From positions 316 to 64,315 of the forward strand of contig JANYKV010000136.1 in assembly GCA_025358055.1 (NCBI GenBank): a DNA stretch of 64,000 nt. The letters are read 5' to 3'. Position numbers and translations under genes: made by a program. This DNA is from Gemmatimonadota bacterium (lineage in GTDB: Bacteria; Gemmatimonadota; Gemmatimonadetes; Gemmatimonadales; GWC2-71-9). Numbering within the stretch: position 1 is the stretch's first letter; each line of letters opens with the position of its first letter. Under the pieces are notes generated by a model. The model was given only the letters and a program-made list of their open reading frames with translations. It did no database searches and was not told where the DNA came from. Below, one piece after another: positions 1-9,645 of this stretch.

Positions 1-1
1 C

Positions 2-1945
2 GAGAACACCAAGTTCTATGCGTCGGGTTCTTGGAAGCAGGACAACGGGATCATCCAGCGGACCGGTGCTGGGCGACAGAGCATCCGGGCCAATATCGAT
101 CAGAAAGTGACCGATAAGCTCACCCTGAGCTTCTCGAATGCCTTTTCACGGACGACGACCGAAAAGGGCTTCACCAACAACGACAATTCCGGCGCTGGGC
201 TCACGTACGCCATCGCGTACATCCCCGGATTCATTCCGCTCAAACCGGTCAACGGGATCTATCCGAAGCCCGCGATCACATACCTCAGCTCGAATCCGCT
301 GCAGACGGCCGCGGAGCTTATCAACACCGAAACCGTCACCCGTTGGGTGGGCGGTGGAACACTGTCGTGGCAAGCCCTCGCCACCGTCCACAACTCATTG
401 CAGTTCGTGGCGGCCGGCGGGGCGGATTTCTTCTCCCAGAACGCTGAAGTCGTCGCGCCCCCAGACCTCTACTGGCAGGCCAATCGACCCAACCCTGGTC
501 TCGCGACTCAAACCAACGGCAACAGCAGGCAATTCAACTGGAACCTGAACGCGATCGACGACTACTCTCCCGAAGGGAATTCTTGGCGGGCCAAGACGTC
601 GGCGGGGGCCCAGTACGAAGACCGGAATCTCCAGCAGAACCGGGTCACCGCGCGCGGGCTGATCCCGGGACAAACCCACATCGATCAGGCCGCGGTGTTG
701 GGCGGACAATTCCAGAACGAGACGACCGAGCGGACGTTTGCCGGTTACGCGCAAGAGGAGCTGTTCTTCCTCAACGAGAAACTGAATCTGAACGTCGGGA
801 TTCGGACGGAACGCAGCAGCCAGTTCGGCAACACGAAGGCCTTCTATTTCTATCCGAAGATTTCCGGACGCTACACTTTCCCGAATGCTCTTGGTGAAGG
901 TTCGGAGGTAAAGCTCCGCGCCGCGTACGGCGAGACCGGCAACCAGCCGCTGTTCGGGCAGAAGTTTACGACGTTGCAAGGAGGCGTGAACATCGGTGGC
1001 AACGTGGGAACGGTGGTGGGCGCGAGCTCAGGCGATGCGCTCATCAAGCCGGAGCGGAAGCGGGAGGTGGAGGGGGGCGTCGACGCGAGCTTCTGGCACG
1101 GCCGGGCGAACCTGCAACTCACGGTGTATCACAATGTCGAATCCGACCTGTTGCTTCCCCGGACGCCGGCGCCCTCGCTTGGGTTCAGCCAGGTATTCCT
1201 GAACGGAGGCAAGCAACGGAACAACGGTCTCGAAGTGTTCCTCGGTCTCACCCCCGTCCAGGCCAAGGACTTTTCGTGGGTCTTCGAGTCCACGTTCCAC
1301 TTCAACCGGAATAAGGTGCTCGAGTTGCCGTTCCCGGGCTTCCGGCCGGTTGGTGCGGGTTTCGGTCTGGCCTATGGGGAGTTCTTTGTTCAAACCGGTC
1401 AGCCGGCCCAGCAGATCATCGGATATACCAGTGTCGATGCAAACGGGAATCTGGTCTCGAGCCAAATCGGAAATGCGGCTCCCGACTTCCAATGGTCGTT
1501 CGGCAACAGTCTCGGCTTCAAGAATCTGAACTTGTACATGCTGTGGGATTGGCAGCAGGGCGGGTGGGCCCAGAATCAGACCCTCTCGTTGTACGACTGC
1601 AATCTCCTGGCGCCCGACCAGGGAACCCCCGCCGGGCAAGCGCGCTCCGATGCCTGCCTCTCGACCGGCCTCGCCACGCCGTTCGTGCAGCAGACAACCT
1701 TCCTGAAGCTGCGGGAGGTGAGCCTCGCATACCAGTTGCCGAAGAAGGTCGCAACCGCGCTCTTTCGCGGCGCGGACAATGTCCGCCTTAGCCTGTCGGG
1801 TCGGAACTTGTTCCTCATCACCAAGTACTTCGGGTACGATCCGGAGTCAAGCAACTTCGGTCAGCAACCAATCGTGCGGAACATCGACCTCGGTCCCTAT
1901 CCGCCGTCGCGCAGCTTCTTCTTCAACATCTCGGTGGGGTTCTGA
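2..1945 (+). CDS. TonB-dependent outer-membrane receptor, SusC/RagA-type, C-terminal part (5' end cut by window edge)
   Basis: The frame is open from nt 2 (ENTKFYASGSWKQDNG...) with no stop until 1945. The sequence is beta-barrel-like and ends in an aromatic residue (...FFFNISVGF). A SusD-like gene follows after a 2-nt gap. Confidence 0.8.
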   Translation, partial: ENTKFYASGSWKQDNGIIQRTGAGRQSIRANIDQKVTDKLTLSFSNAFSRTTTEKGFTNNDNSGAGLTYAIAYIPGFIPLKPVNGIYPKPAITYLSSNPLQTAAELINTETVTRWVGGGTLSWQALATVHNSLQFVAAGGADFFSQNAEVVAPPDLYWQANRPNPGLATQTNGNSRQFNWNLNAIDDYSPEGNSWRAKTSAGAQYEDRNLQQNRVTARGLIPGQTHIDQAAVLGGQFQNETTERTFAGYAQEELFFLNEKLNLNVGIRTERSSQFGNTKAFYFYPKISGRYTFPNALGEGSEVKLRAAYGETGNQPLFGQKFTTLQGGVNIGGNVGTVVGASSGDALIKPERKREVEGGVDASFWHGRANLQLTVYHNVESDLLLPRTPAPSLGFSQVFLNGGKQRNNGLEVFLGLTPVQAKDFSWVFESTFHFNRNKVLELPFPGFRPVGAGFGLAYGEFFVQTGQPAQQIIGYTSVDANGNLVSSQIGNAAPDFQWSFGNSLGFKNLNLYMLWDWQQGGWAQNQTLSLYDCNLLAPDQGTPAGQARSDACLSTGLATPFVQQTTFLKLREVSLAYQLPKKVATALFRGADNVRLSLSGRNLFLITKYFGYDPESSNFGQQPIVRNIDLGPYPPSRSFFFNISVGF

Positions 1946-1947
1946 TC

Positions 1948-3384
1948 ATGACCACTCAACTTCGACTCCGAACCCGCCGAGCGCTCGCTGTGCTGGCCCT
2001 GACCGCTTTTGGCGCCTGCGGCACATTCGATGTGACGAACCCGAACCAGCCCACGCTGGATGATCTGGTCTCCAATCCCACCAAGCTCAAACTTGCTGTC
2101 GCGGCTACCGGGATCCTCGCGACCGCCCGCGGCGATATCCAGGGTCACATCTGGCGGTTGGGCTCTATGGGCCGGGAGGGGATCAACCTTTCAGGCAACA
2201 ACCAGCCCGACTACGCGGAACCCTACTTTGGACCGATCGCTTCGGGTGGCAGCTTTGGTGGAACTCAGTGGGCCGGGCGGTATCAGAATCTCCGCAGTAT
2301 CACCGTCTATCTCAACGCAGTGGAGAAGGCGCCGGATTTGAGCGCAGCCGAGCGGGCCGCATCGCGCGCGTTCGGAAAAACTCTTGCGGCGCTCGCATTC
2401 TTATACGTGGTGGAGACTCGGGCCCAGTTGGGCGCGCCGATCGATGTCAATCGGCCAGTGACGGATGCGCCGCCGCCGTTCGTCTCCGAAGATAGCGTCT
2501 ATGGACACATCCTCACGTTGCTGAATGACGCCCAATCCGATCTTGGAGCTGGTGGTGGCACCTTCCCGTTCCGGTTGCCGCCCGGGTATTCCGGATTTGA
2601 CACCCCGGCCACGTTTTCGCAATTCAATCGCGCTCTTGCCGCGAAGGCGAACGTGCTTCGAGCGACGGCCGGGTGCGGCGCACCATGCTTCACGTCGGCG
2701 CTGTCCGCGTTGAGCGGCTCCTTCCTGGTCCTCAACGCCAGCCAATTTCGCCTAGGCGTCTACTTCGATTTTTCAACCGCGGCTGGTGACGCAGGCAACG
2801 GACTTTCGGAGCCACTCGATGGCGCCACCTTTTTTGCCGTGCCTCGGCTGCTCACGGATGCCCAGGCCCAGGTGGATGGCATCACGCGGGATCAGCGGGT
2901 GCTCGACAAAATTGCGTTGGGAACCCTCGATCCGCCGCAGTCCATCAACGGTGTGGACATTCCAGGCACCTACAAATTCACGACCTTTTTCGTGAACGGA
3001 CAACCGACCCCGAACGCCTCCATTCCGGTCATCCGGAACGAGGAGCTGATTCTCCTGCGGGCGGAAGCCAACCTTGCGCTTGGAAACGTGAGCGCTGCGT
3101 TGGACGACATCAACTTCATCCGAGTGCATTCCGGCAACTTGTCGCCCACGCCATTGACTACATCCAGTGCCACGTCGGACATCCTGGCGGAGCTGCTCTA
3201 CAACCGGACGTATTCGCTCTTGTGGGAACAAGGAACTCGTTGGACTGACGCCCGGCGATACGGTCTGTTGGCGACGATCAACCCTGAGGTGGAGAATGGC
3301 CGTGTGCCGTCCGTCATGCCGGTTCCCAAAACCGAGTGTGACGCTCGCGGCCTCGGAGATGCGTGCACGCCGCTAACCCAATAG
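1948..3384 (+). CDS. SusD/RagB-family nutrient-binding outer-membrane lipoprotein
   Basis: 478 aa. The N-terminal signal has a Cys (LTAFGAC). Length and helical/TPR-like composition are typical of SusD, and it lies directly downstream of the SusC-like gene. Confidence 0.75.
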   Translation: MTTQLRLRTRRALAVLALTAFGACGTFDVTNPNQPTLDDLVSNPTKLKLAVAATGILATARGDIQGHIWRLGSMGREGINLSGNNQPDYAEPYFGPIASGGSFGGTQWAGRYQNLRSITVYLNAVEKAPDLSAAERAASRAFGKTLAALAFLYVVETRAQLGAPIDVNRPVTDAPPPFVSEDSVYGHILTLLNDAQSDLGAGGGTFPFRLPPGYSGFDTPATFSQFNRALAAKANVLRATAGCGAPCFTSALSALSGSFLVLNASQFRLGVYFDFSTAAGDAGNGLSEPLDGATFFAVPRLLTDAQAQVDGITRDQRVLDKIALGTLDPPQSINGVDIPGTYKFTTFFVNGQPTPNASIPVIRNEELILLRAEANLALGNVSAALDDINFIRVHSGNLSPTPLTTSSATSDILAELLYNRTYSLLWEQGTRWTDARRYGLLATINPEVENGRVPSVMPVPKTECDARGLGDACTPLTQ

Positions 3385-3432
3385 GGGCAATCGCTGGGGT
3401 GGGGGTTCTGTCGTCGTTCGCGGACGCGGCAA

Positions 3433-3477
3433 AAGCAGTGGCGCCGGAGCTTGGCTCGGGCGCCACTGCTTTGTTCT
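3433..3477 (+). terminator. Rho-independent terminator candidate after the SusD-like gene
   Basis: GC-rich inverted repeat AGCAGTGGCGCC...GGCGCCACTGC is followed by TTTGTTCT. Confidence 0.5.
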
Positions 3478-3612
3478 GCCCGGGGCCAAGACGAGAGTGG
3501 TCCGGTCTTGTCATGCCATGGGGATTGGGAGGACACGGCCCTCCGCCCTACCGCGGGTCCAGTGGTCTCGCTAAGTTGTAATCCTGCCTAGCTTTACATG
3601 GATTGGAGTTGT

Positions 3613-3990
3613 ATGCCGACGTATGAGTACGCGTGCCCGAGCGGGCACCAATTCGAAAAAGTCCAGAAAATGTCTGACTCACCAAAGGTCAAGTGCCCGG
3701 CCTGCGGGAAAATAGCGACTCGGAAGTTGTCCGCGGGAGCCCTCGTCTTTAAAGGCTCCGGATTTTACATCACGGATTATGGCAAGGATGGGAAAGGGCC
3801 GAGGAAGGACCCCAGCGAATCGAGCGGGGAGTCAAAAAGTGAGTCCCCAGCCACGCCGAGTACCCCCTCGGCCAAGTCCGAGTCGTCGACCACCAGCGAG
3901 AAGAAAACCAGCACGAAGTCCGAGGGCTCAAAGACATCCGAGGGGTCGAAGGCATCTGAGGGGTCGAAGGCAAAGAAAGCGAGCGAATGA
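3613..3990 (+). CDS. FmdB-family zinc-ribbon protein with Ser/Glu/Lys-rich low-complexity tail
   Basis: MPTYEYACPSGHQFE...VKCPACG matches the FmdB/CxxC_CxxC_SSSS N-terminus. The ORF track starts at 3598, but ATG 3613 gives the canonical MPxYEY start. Confidence 0.75.
   Translation: MPTYEYACPSGHQFEKVQKMSDSPKVKCPACGKIATRKLSAGALVFKGSGFYITDYGKDGKGPRKDPSESSGESKSESPATPSTPSAKSESSTTSEKKTSTKSEGSKTSEGSKASEGSKAKKASE
3919..3972 (+). repeat. Three tandem 18-nt coding repeats (SEGSKT/SEGSKA/SEGSKA)
   Basis: tccgagggctcaaagaca / tccgaggggtcgaaggca / tctgaggggtcgaaggca, read directly from the sequence. Confidence 0.85.
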
Positions 3991-5624
3991 GCGAGCACCT
4001 TCGCGCCGAGTTGGCCCGGGTCGCGACCGTTCTCGGTGGCGGAGGGGCCTCGTTCGTCCTCGAGCGCCCCCGAGACGCCGGCCACGGTGATTGGGCCACC
4101 AACCTCGCGATGGTTATCGCCAAGGCTCAAAAGACCAATCCGCGTGCCCTCGCACAGCGAGTGGTCGAAACACTGTCTCTCCCGCCCGGGATCATTGCCA
4201 GAATCGAGATCGCCGGTCCGGGCTTCATCAATTTCTGGCTCGCGGGTGATGAGCTCGCCGGCGCGCTCCGGAGCCTCGTGCAGGCCGGTGCGGGCTATGG
4301 TCGTTCCACGTTCGGGCAGGGGCGGCGCGTCAATGTGGAATTCGTCTCCGCCAATCCAACCGGCCCGCTTCACGTTGGGCATGGCCGCGGAGCCGCCTTG
4401 GGCGATGGGATTGCCGCGCTCTTAGAGTGGTCCGGCCACTCGGTGACGCGCGAATTTCTCATCAACGACGCCGGCGCTCAGATCGAGAAACTGGCCCGAA
4501 GCCTATGGGCCCGGGTCCAACAGGTGGTTGGGCGAGCGGCTGAAATTCCGGAAGGCGGCTATCACGGCGAGTACCTTCGTGAGACCGCCGAGGCCCTGAT
4601 CACGGAGCGAGGACGATCGTTCGCGGACACGGGCGCGACCGACGCAATTGCCGAGTGCCGCGCGTTCGTTCTCCGATCGCAGCGGGCGGAGCAAGACCAG
4701 CTCATGGCCGATTTCGGAGTTCGATTCGACGTTATGAGTTCGGAGCAAGCAACGTACGATACGGGAAAGGTCCAGCGGGCTATCGACCATCTGACCTCCC
4801 GCGGGCTGACCTTTGAGCAAGATGGCGCGCTGTGGCTCAGAACGAGCGAATTCGGCGACGACAAAGACCGGGTGCTTCGGAAAAGCGACGGGACGCTGAC
4901 CTACCTAGTTCCGGATATTGCCTATCATGTGGATAAGCACGAGCGCGGCTTCGATCTCGCGATCGATGTTTGGGGCGCCGATCATCACGGGTATATCCCA
5001 CGAATGCGGGCGGCGCTGGCGGCCCTCGGGTATCCGAAGGAGTTCTTCGAGGTGACGATTGTGCAGCTAGTGAAAGTGGTGCGGGGCGGTGAAGAGGTCA
5101 AGATGTCGAAACGATCCGGGGAGTTCGTCACGCTGCGGGATCTGCTGGATGAGGTCGGGATCGATGCCGCTCGCTACTTCTTCCTCATGCGGCGAGGGGA
5201 CGCGCAGTTCAGCTTCGATGTCGATCTCGCGAAAAAGCAGACCGACGAGAACCCGGTCTTCTATGTCCAGATGGCGCACGCAAGGATGAGCGGCATCTTT
5301 CGGGTGGCAGATCGATCGCCCGACTCCGTTGGTGACGAGGCCGACATCGGTGCGCTCCCGGCCCCGGACGACCACGCCCTCCTCAAGGAGCTCACCGAAT
5401 TTCCCCTGGTGGTGGCCCGTGCGGCGCGGGAACGAGAGCCCCACCGGATCACCGGATATCTCGAAGAATTGGCGCGGCTCGTCCACGGCTGGTATCACAA
5501 CTGCCGGGTCCTTGGCGAGGCACCGGCGACACAGCAGTCGCGGCTCGTGTTGGCCCGTGCGACGCGAATCGTGCTTCGGAATGGCCTTACTCTTCTCGGC
5601 CTCTCGGCCCCTGATCGGATGTAA
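3987..5624 (+). CDS. argS: Arginine--tRNA ligase
   Basis: 545 aa with class I signatures PTGPLHVGHGRG and KMSKRSG. The start overlaps the upstream stop (ATGA). Confidence 0.95.
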   Translation: MSEHLRAELARVATVLGGGGASFVLERPRDAGHGDWATNLAMVIAKAQKTNPRALAQRVVETLSLPPGIIARIEIAGPGFINFWLAGDELAGALRSLVQAGAGYGRSTFGQGRRVNVEFVSANPTGPLHVGHGRGAALGDGIAALLEWSGHSVTREFLINDAGAQIEKLARSLWARVQQVVGRAAEIPEGGYHGEYLRETAEALITERGRSFADTGATDAIAECRAFVLRSQRAEQDQLMADFGVRFDVMSSEQATYDTGKVQRAIDHLTSRGLTFEQDGALWLRTSEFGDDKDRVLRKSDGTLTYLVPDIAYHVDKHERGFDLAIDVWGADHHGYIPRMRAALAALGYPKEFFEVTIVQLVKVVRGGEEVKMSKRSGEFVTLRDLLDEVGIDAARYFFLMRRGDAQFSFDVDLAKKQTDENPVFYVQMAHARMSGIFRVADRSPDSVGDEADIGALPAPDDHALLKELTEFPLVVARAAREREPHRITGYLEELARLVHGWYHNCRVLGEAPATQQSRLVLARATRIVLRNGLTLLGLSAPDRM

Positions 5625-5629
5625 CGCGC

Positions 5630-6550
5630 ATGAGCCTACTCGTCGTGGGGAGCGTCGCCCTGGATTCGATCCACACCCCGTTCGGAGAAACCGCGGATGC
5701 CCTGGGCGGGTCCGCGGTCTATTTCAGCGTCGCAGCGTCGCTGCTGCATCCGGTCCAAGTCGTCGGGGTGATCGGGAACGACTATCCAGTCCATGAGCTC
5801 GACCGCCTAGCCGCCCGGGGCATCGACTGGTCCGGGGTGGAACGGGTCCAAGGCGAGAGCTTTCGCTGGAAGGGAAAGTATTCCTACGATCTCCAGAGCC
5901 GAGAGACTCTCGAGACCCGTCTCGGGGTATTCGCCGACTTCGTCCCGAAGCTGCCTCCGAGCGCGCGCAGTGCCGAGTTCGTGTTTCTCGGCAACATCGA
6001 TCCGGTGTTGCAATTGGGGGTGCTGGACCAAGTCCAACGGCCTAAACTCGTCGCCTGCGACACGATGAACTATTGGATCCAGGGTAAGAAGCCCGAGCTG
6101 ATGGCGCTACTCAAACGCGTTGATGTTTTGCTCGTGAACGACGGGGAGGCGCGCGAGTTGTCCGGTGATTGGAACATTCATCGCGCCGGTCGGTGGATCC
6201 TCGCGAACGGTCCGAAACGGGTGGTGATCAAGCAAGGGGAGTACGGTGCGCTGCTCATGGAACCGGGTCGGACCTTCTATGTGCCCGCCTATCCCTTGGA
6301 GGAGGTTTTCGATCCGACGGGAGCCGGCGACTGTTTCGCCGGTGGGTTCATGGGTTACCTGGCTCGCCGGGGAACCGTTACGCCGGAAACGATGCGCCGC
6401 GCCATGGTGTACGGGTCGGCGATGGGCTCGTTCGCGGTGGAGGGGTTTGGGGTTCGCGGGTTTGACGGGGTGGATTTAGCGAGAATCGATGCTCGGGTCC
6501 AGGCATTCCAAGATCTCACTCACGTGCCCGCAGCGGAACCCCTTCCGTGA
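5630..6550 (+). CDS. PfkB/ribokinase-family sugar kinase
   Basis: 306 aa. The C-terminal DPTGAGDCFAGGF motif is typical of the PfkB family. Confidence 0.8.
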   Translation: MSLLVVGSVALDSIHTPFGETADALGGSAVYFSVAASLLHPVQVVGVIGNDYPVHELDRLAARGIDWSGVERVQGESFRWKGKYSYDLQSRETLETRLGVFADFVPKLPPSARSAEFVFLGNIDPVLQLGVLDQVQRPKLVACDTMNYWIQGKKPELMALLKRVDVLLVNDGEARELSGDWNIHRAGRWILANGPKRVVIKQGEYGALLMEPGRTFYVPAYPLEEVFDPTGAGDCFAGGFMGYLARRGTVTPETMRRAMVYGSAMGSFAVEGFGVRGFDGVDLARIDARVQAFQDLTHVPAAEPLP

Positions 6551-7569
6551 CCGATCGTCAATACGCCGCCGCGGGGGTCGACCTCGAACAATCCGAAGCC
6601 GCCAAGCACCGGATCGCGGGGCTCGTTCAGGGGACTCGAACCCCGCTTTCAGTGGGCGCGGTCGGCGCGTTTGGGGGCATGGTCCGTGTCCCCGCAGGGA
6701 TGCGGCACCCCACGTTGATCATGAGCACGGATAGCGTGGGGACCAAGGTGCTGGTCGCGGTGCAAGCCCAACGGTTCGATACCGTCGGCGAAGACATCGT
6801 CAACCACAGCGTCAACGACATTTTAGTGCATGGCGCAAAGCCGATCGCGTTTCTCGACTACATCGGAGGTGCGGGGCTTTCCACCATGCAGCTGGCCGGG
6901 ATTGTGGAAGGGGTGGCGCGCGGATGCTTGGCCCACGACATGGCCCTCGCCGGGGGAGAAACCGCCGAGATGCCCGGGCTCTATCAACCCGGAAATTATG
7001 ACCTGGCCGGAACAATCGTCGGGGTGGCGGAGGAGGCAGAGATCATCCACGGCGACCGGATACAAGCGGGGGACCTGTTGCTGGGCTATGGGTCGACCGG
7101 GCTCCACACAAACGGATATTCACTGGCTCGACGAATTCTCTTTGATCGGCTCCAACTCCAAGTGGATTCATGGCTTGGCGAGACGGCGTCCACCGTGGCC
7201 GACGCCCTATTGGCGGTGCACCAAAGCTACCTCACCGCCCTCTATCCGGTTCGCGATCAGGTCCATGGATTGGCCCATATTACCGGCGGCGGGATCCCCG
7301 GCAACCTGGTTCGGATCTTGCCCGAAGGGGTCGAAGCCGTCGTCGATGCGTCGAGCTGGACCTGGCCACCGCTGTTTGCCTTGCTGCAGCGCGGGGGCGG
7401 AGTATCCACGGACGAGATGCGAGAGGTGTTCAACCTCGGCGTCGGCATGATCGCGGTGGCGCCCGCGGGTGTGATTCCCACACTCCAGGCGTCCGCCAAA
7501 TACGCCGGGGTGGCCACATGGGTCCTCGGCGAGGCGCGCTCGGGGCCGAAAGGAGTGCGCTTCAGGTAA
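6547..7569 (+). CDS. purM: Phosphoribosylformylglycinamidine cyclo-ligase (AIR synthetase)
   Basis: 340 aa with PurM-like blocks (STDSVGTKV, NHSVNDILVHGAKP, GGETAEMPG). GTGA overlap with the upstream gene. Confidence 0.95.
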   Translation: MTDRQYAAAGVDLEQSEAAKHRIAGLVQGTRTPLSVGAVGAFGGMVRVPAGMRHPTLIMSTDSVGTKVLVAVQAQRFDTVGEDIVNHSVNDILVHGAKPIAFLDYIGGAGLSTMQLAGIVEGVARGCLAHDMALAGGETAEMPGLYQPGNYDLAGTIVGVAEEAEIIHGDRIQAGDLLLGYGSTGLHTNGYSLARRILFDRLQLQVDSWLGETASTVADALLAVHQSYLTALYPVRDQVHGLAHITGGGIPGNLVRILPEGVEAVVDASSWTWPPLFALLQRGGGVSTDEMREVFNLGVGMIAVAPAGVIPTLQASAKYAGVATWVLGEARSGPKGVRFR

Positions 7570-7587
7570 ACCCACGAAAGGATCACC

Positions 7588-8565
7588 GTGTCCCTCCGGT
7601 CCCATCTCAGCGTGGTCGTGATGCTCGCGGTGATCGGGTCCAACCTTCAGGGACAGGCGACCACTCCAGCCACCACCGCCGAACCCTGTGACTCTGTCAA
7701 AGGTCGAGCCCTCAGAGTTTGCCACGCCGCCGTGGATGGCGTTCACATGCTTCATCCCACCGTCGGACTCCTGATTTCCGGAGGCAACCCTGTCCTTGGA
7801 ACTGCCGGAGCCTCCGGGCGATTTGGTCACTTCGAACTCACCACCCGAGCGACGTACGCTACGATGGTCTTCCCGGCGACCGATTATCGGGGAACCTCCG
7901 ATACTGTTGCCCGAGCAACTGAAGTGACCGTGCTCATGCCCCGAGTGGACCTCAGCTTCGGTGTGTATCGCACGAAGCTGCCCATGGGTGATGTCGCGGT
8001 TGACTTGCTGGGCTCGCTCCTGCTGGTGCCGACCACGCCAAATGACCGGGTGCATTTTGGGGAAGATGTTCGCAGGCTCGGTCGGTTTGCACTGGGGTTT
8101 GGCTACGGTTTTCGCGCCGCCCTCATCACAACCGATCCGGCCCCCACGGTGTCCCTCAGCGTTGTCAAACGCGACCTACCAACCACCACCTATGGCCGGT
8201 TGGGCCCGACCGACAACTACGCGTATTCGTTCAACACCTCCGCCATCAATGTGCGACTGGGACTGGGCCGGAGGTTTGGGCATACAGAAATCGTCGCGGG
8301 GATGGGAGCAAACCTCCTCGGCGGCGATGCGACGGTTCTGTTCCGCGCCCCAGGCGACACCAGCTTCCAGACGGCGGCCCTGGCCCTCAGTGGCATGCGA
8401 TTGACGCTGTGGCTCAATGCCAGCAGGGAAATCGGTCCATTCCGGCTTTCGGCCGAAGGTGGATTTCAGGTGGGGAAAGACGACCTCCTCGTCACCGTCT
8501 TCGAAGCAAACGACCCCAAGGCCGGTAAGTTCTACGGTGGGCTCGGAATTGGTGTTAAGTTGTAG
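7588..8565 (+). CDS. Hypothetical secreted protein, possibly an outer-membrane beta-barrel
   Basis: 325 aa with an N-terminal signal-like segment (VVVMLAVIGSNLQGQA). It shows alternating Gly/aromatic beta-strand-like patterns up to the C-terminus (GGLGIGVKL). I recognise no family. Confidence 0.55.
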   Translation: MSLRSHLSVVVMLAVIGSNLQGQATTPATTAEPCDSVKGRALRVCHAAVDGVHMLHPTVGLLISGGNPVLGTAGASGRFGHFELTTRATYATMVFPATDYRGTSDTVARATEVTVLMPRVDLSFGVYRTKLPMGDVAVDLLGSLLLVPTTPNDRVHFGEDVRRLGRFALGFGYGFRAALITTDPAPTVSLSVVKRDLPTTTYGRLGPTDNYAYSFNTSAINVRLGLGRRFGHTEIVAGMGANLLGGDATVLFRAPGDTSFQTAALALSGMRLTLWLNASREIGPFRLSAEGGFQVGKDDLLVTVFEANDPKAGKFYGGLGIGVKL

Positions 8566-8568
8566 TCC

Positions 8569-9645
8569 GTGACCGAAGCCGAGGCCATGCAGCGTGCTCT
8601 CGACCTCGCCTGGCGAGGGTGGGGACGGGTTCATCCGAACCCGCTAGTGGGTGCAGTCATTCTCGCCGGCGACTTGGTCGTGGGCGAAGGGTGGCATGCC
8701 GAATACGGTCACGCACACGCTGAGCTAGCCGCGCTGGACCAAGCCGGCGAGCGGGCTCGGGGTGGCACCCTCGTCGTGACCCTGGAGCCGTGCAACCACG
8801 AGGGTAAACAGCCGCCGTGCGTGGGTGCCATCTTGGCGGCGGGCATCCGGCGCGTGGTCATTGCGCTTGCGGATCCCAACCCCGTTGCGCGTGGTGGGGC
8901 GGATCGTCTCAAGTCCGCTGGGGTCGAGGTGGAAATCGGCCTCCAGGCGGATGATGTGGCGCGCCAGAATGCGATTTTTCTTCATCAATTCCGCCATTCT
9001 GAACGTCCCTTCATCGCGCTCAAGTTGGCCACTTCCCTCGATGCCTGTATCGCCGATGCCTCGGGCTTGTCCCGCTGGATTTCAGGACCAGCGGCTCGGG
9101 ACTACGTGCATTGGTTGCGGGCCGGCTTCGGGGCCATCGGAGTCGGGGGACACACGGCCCTCGTCGATGACCCATCGCTCACCGTTCGAGGCCCGCTCGA
9201 GCCTCGGGTTCAGCCCCTCCGTGTGGTATTCGACCGGAGCGGCGGACTTTCCGAGGTGTCCAGTCTGGTTCGCACCGCCCGCGAACACCCGGTCCTGCTC
9301 GTGATTCATCCCGACGCGCTCCGGCTCGAGGCGGTCCGCCGACTCGAAACCCACGGAGTTGAATTGGTGCCGGCTCCCACGCTTCCCGTCGCCTTTGAAG
9401 CGCTTCGATCGCGCGGGGTGCAATCGATCGTGATCGAGGGGGGAGGGAAAATCGGCGGCGCGCTCCTCGGAGAAAACCTCGTGGACCGCTTTCATTGGAT
9501 TCAAAGTCCCGTGTGGCTCGGCGAACGTGGAGTGCCCGCCACGCGAGGTTGGGTGGCGCCGCCGCTTGCCGGCTCGACCCGATGGACGGTGGTCCAGCGG
9601 CGGGCCTTAGAGCAGGACACGCTGCTCGTGGTGGATCGCGAATAA
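8569..9645 (+). CDS. ribD: Bifunctional riboflavin biosynthesis deaminase/reductase
   Basis: Deaminase zinc motifs HAELAAL and PCNHEGKQPPC, followed by a reductase domain. 358 aa. Confidence 0.95.
   Translation: MTEAEAMQRALDLAWRGWGRVHPNPLVGAVILAGDLVVGEGWHAEYGHAHAELAALDQAGERARGGTLVVTLEPCNHEGKQPPCVGAILAAGIRRVVIALADPNPVARGGADRLKSAGVEVEIGLQADDVARQNAIFLHQFRHSERPFIALKLATSLDACIADASGLSRWISGPAARDYVHWLRAGFGAIGVGGHTALVDDPSLTVRGPLEPRVQPLRVVFDRSGGLSEVSSLVRTAREHPVLLVIHPDALRLEAVRRLETHGVELVPAPTLPVAFEALRSRGVQSIVIEGGGKIGGALLGENLVDRFHWIQSPVWLGERGVPATRGWVAPPLAGSTRWTVVQRRALEQDTLLVVDRE

Noticed and set aside
8566-8568. FMN riboswitch ahead of ribD and SAM riboswitch ahead of metK (19099..19144).
   Set aside because: The intergenic spaces are 3 nt and 46 nt, too short to hold either aptamer. 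No aptamer core motifs were seen in the adjacent coding sequence.
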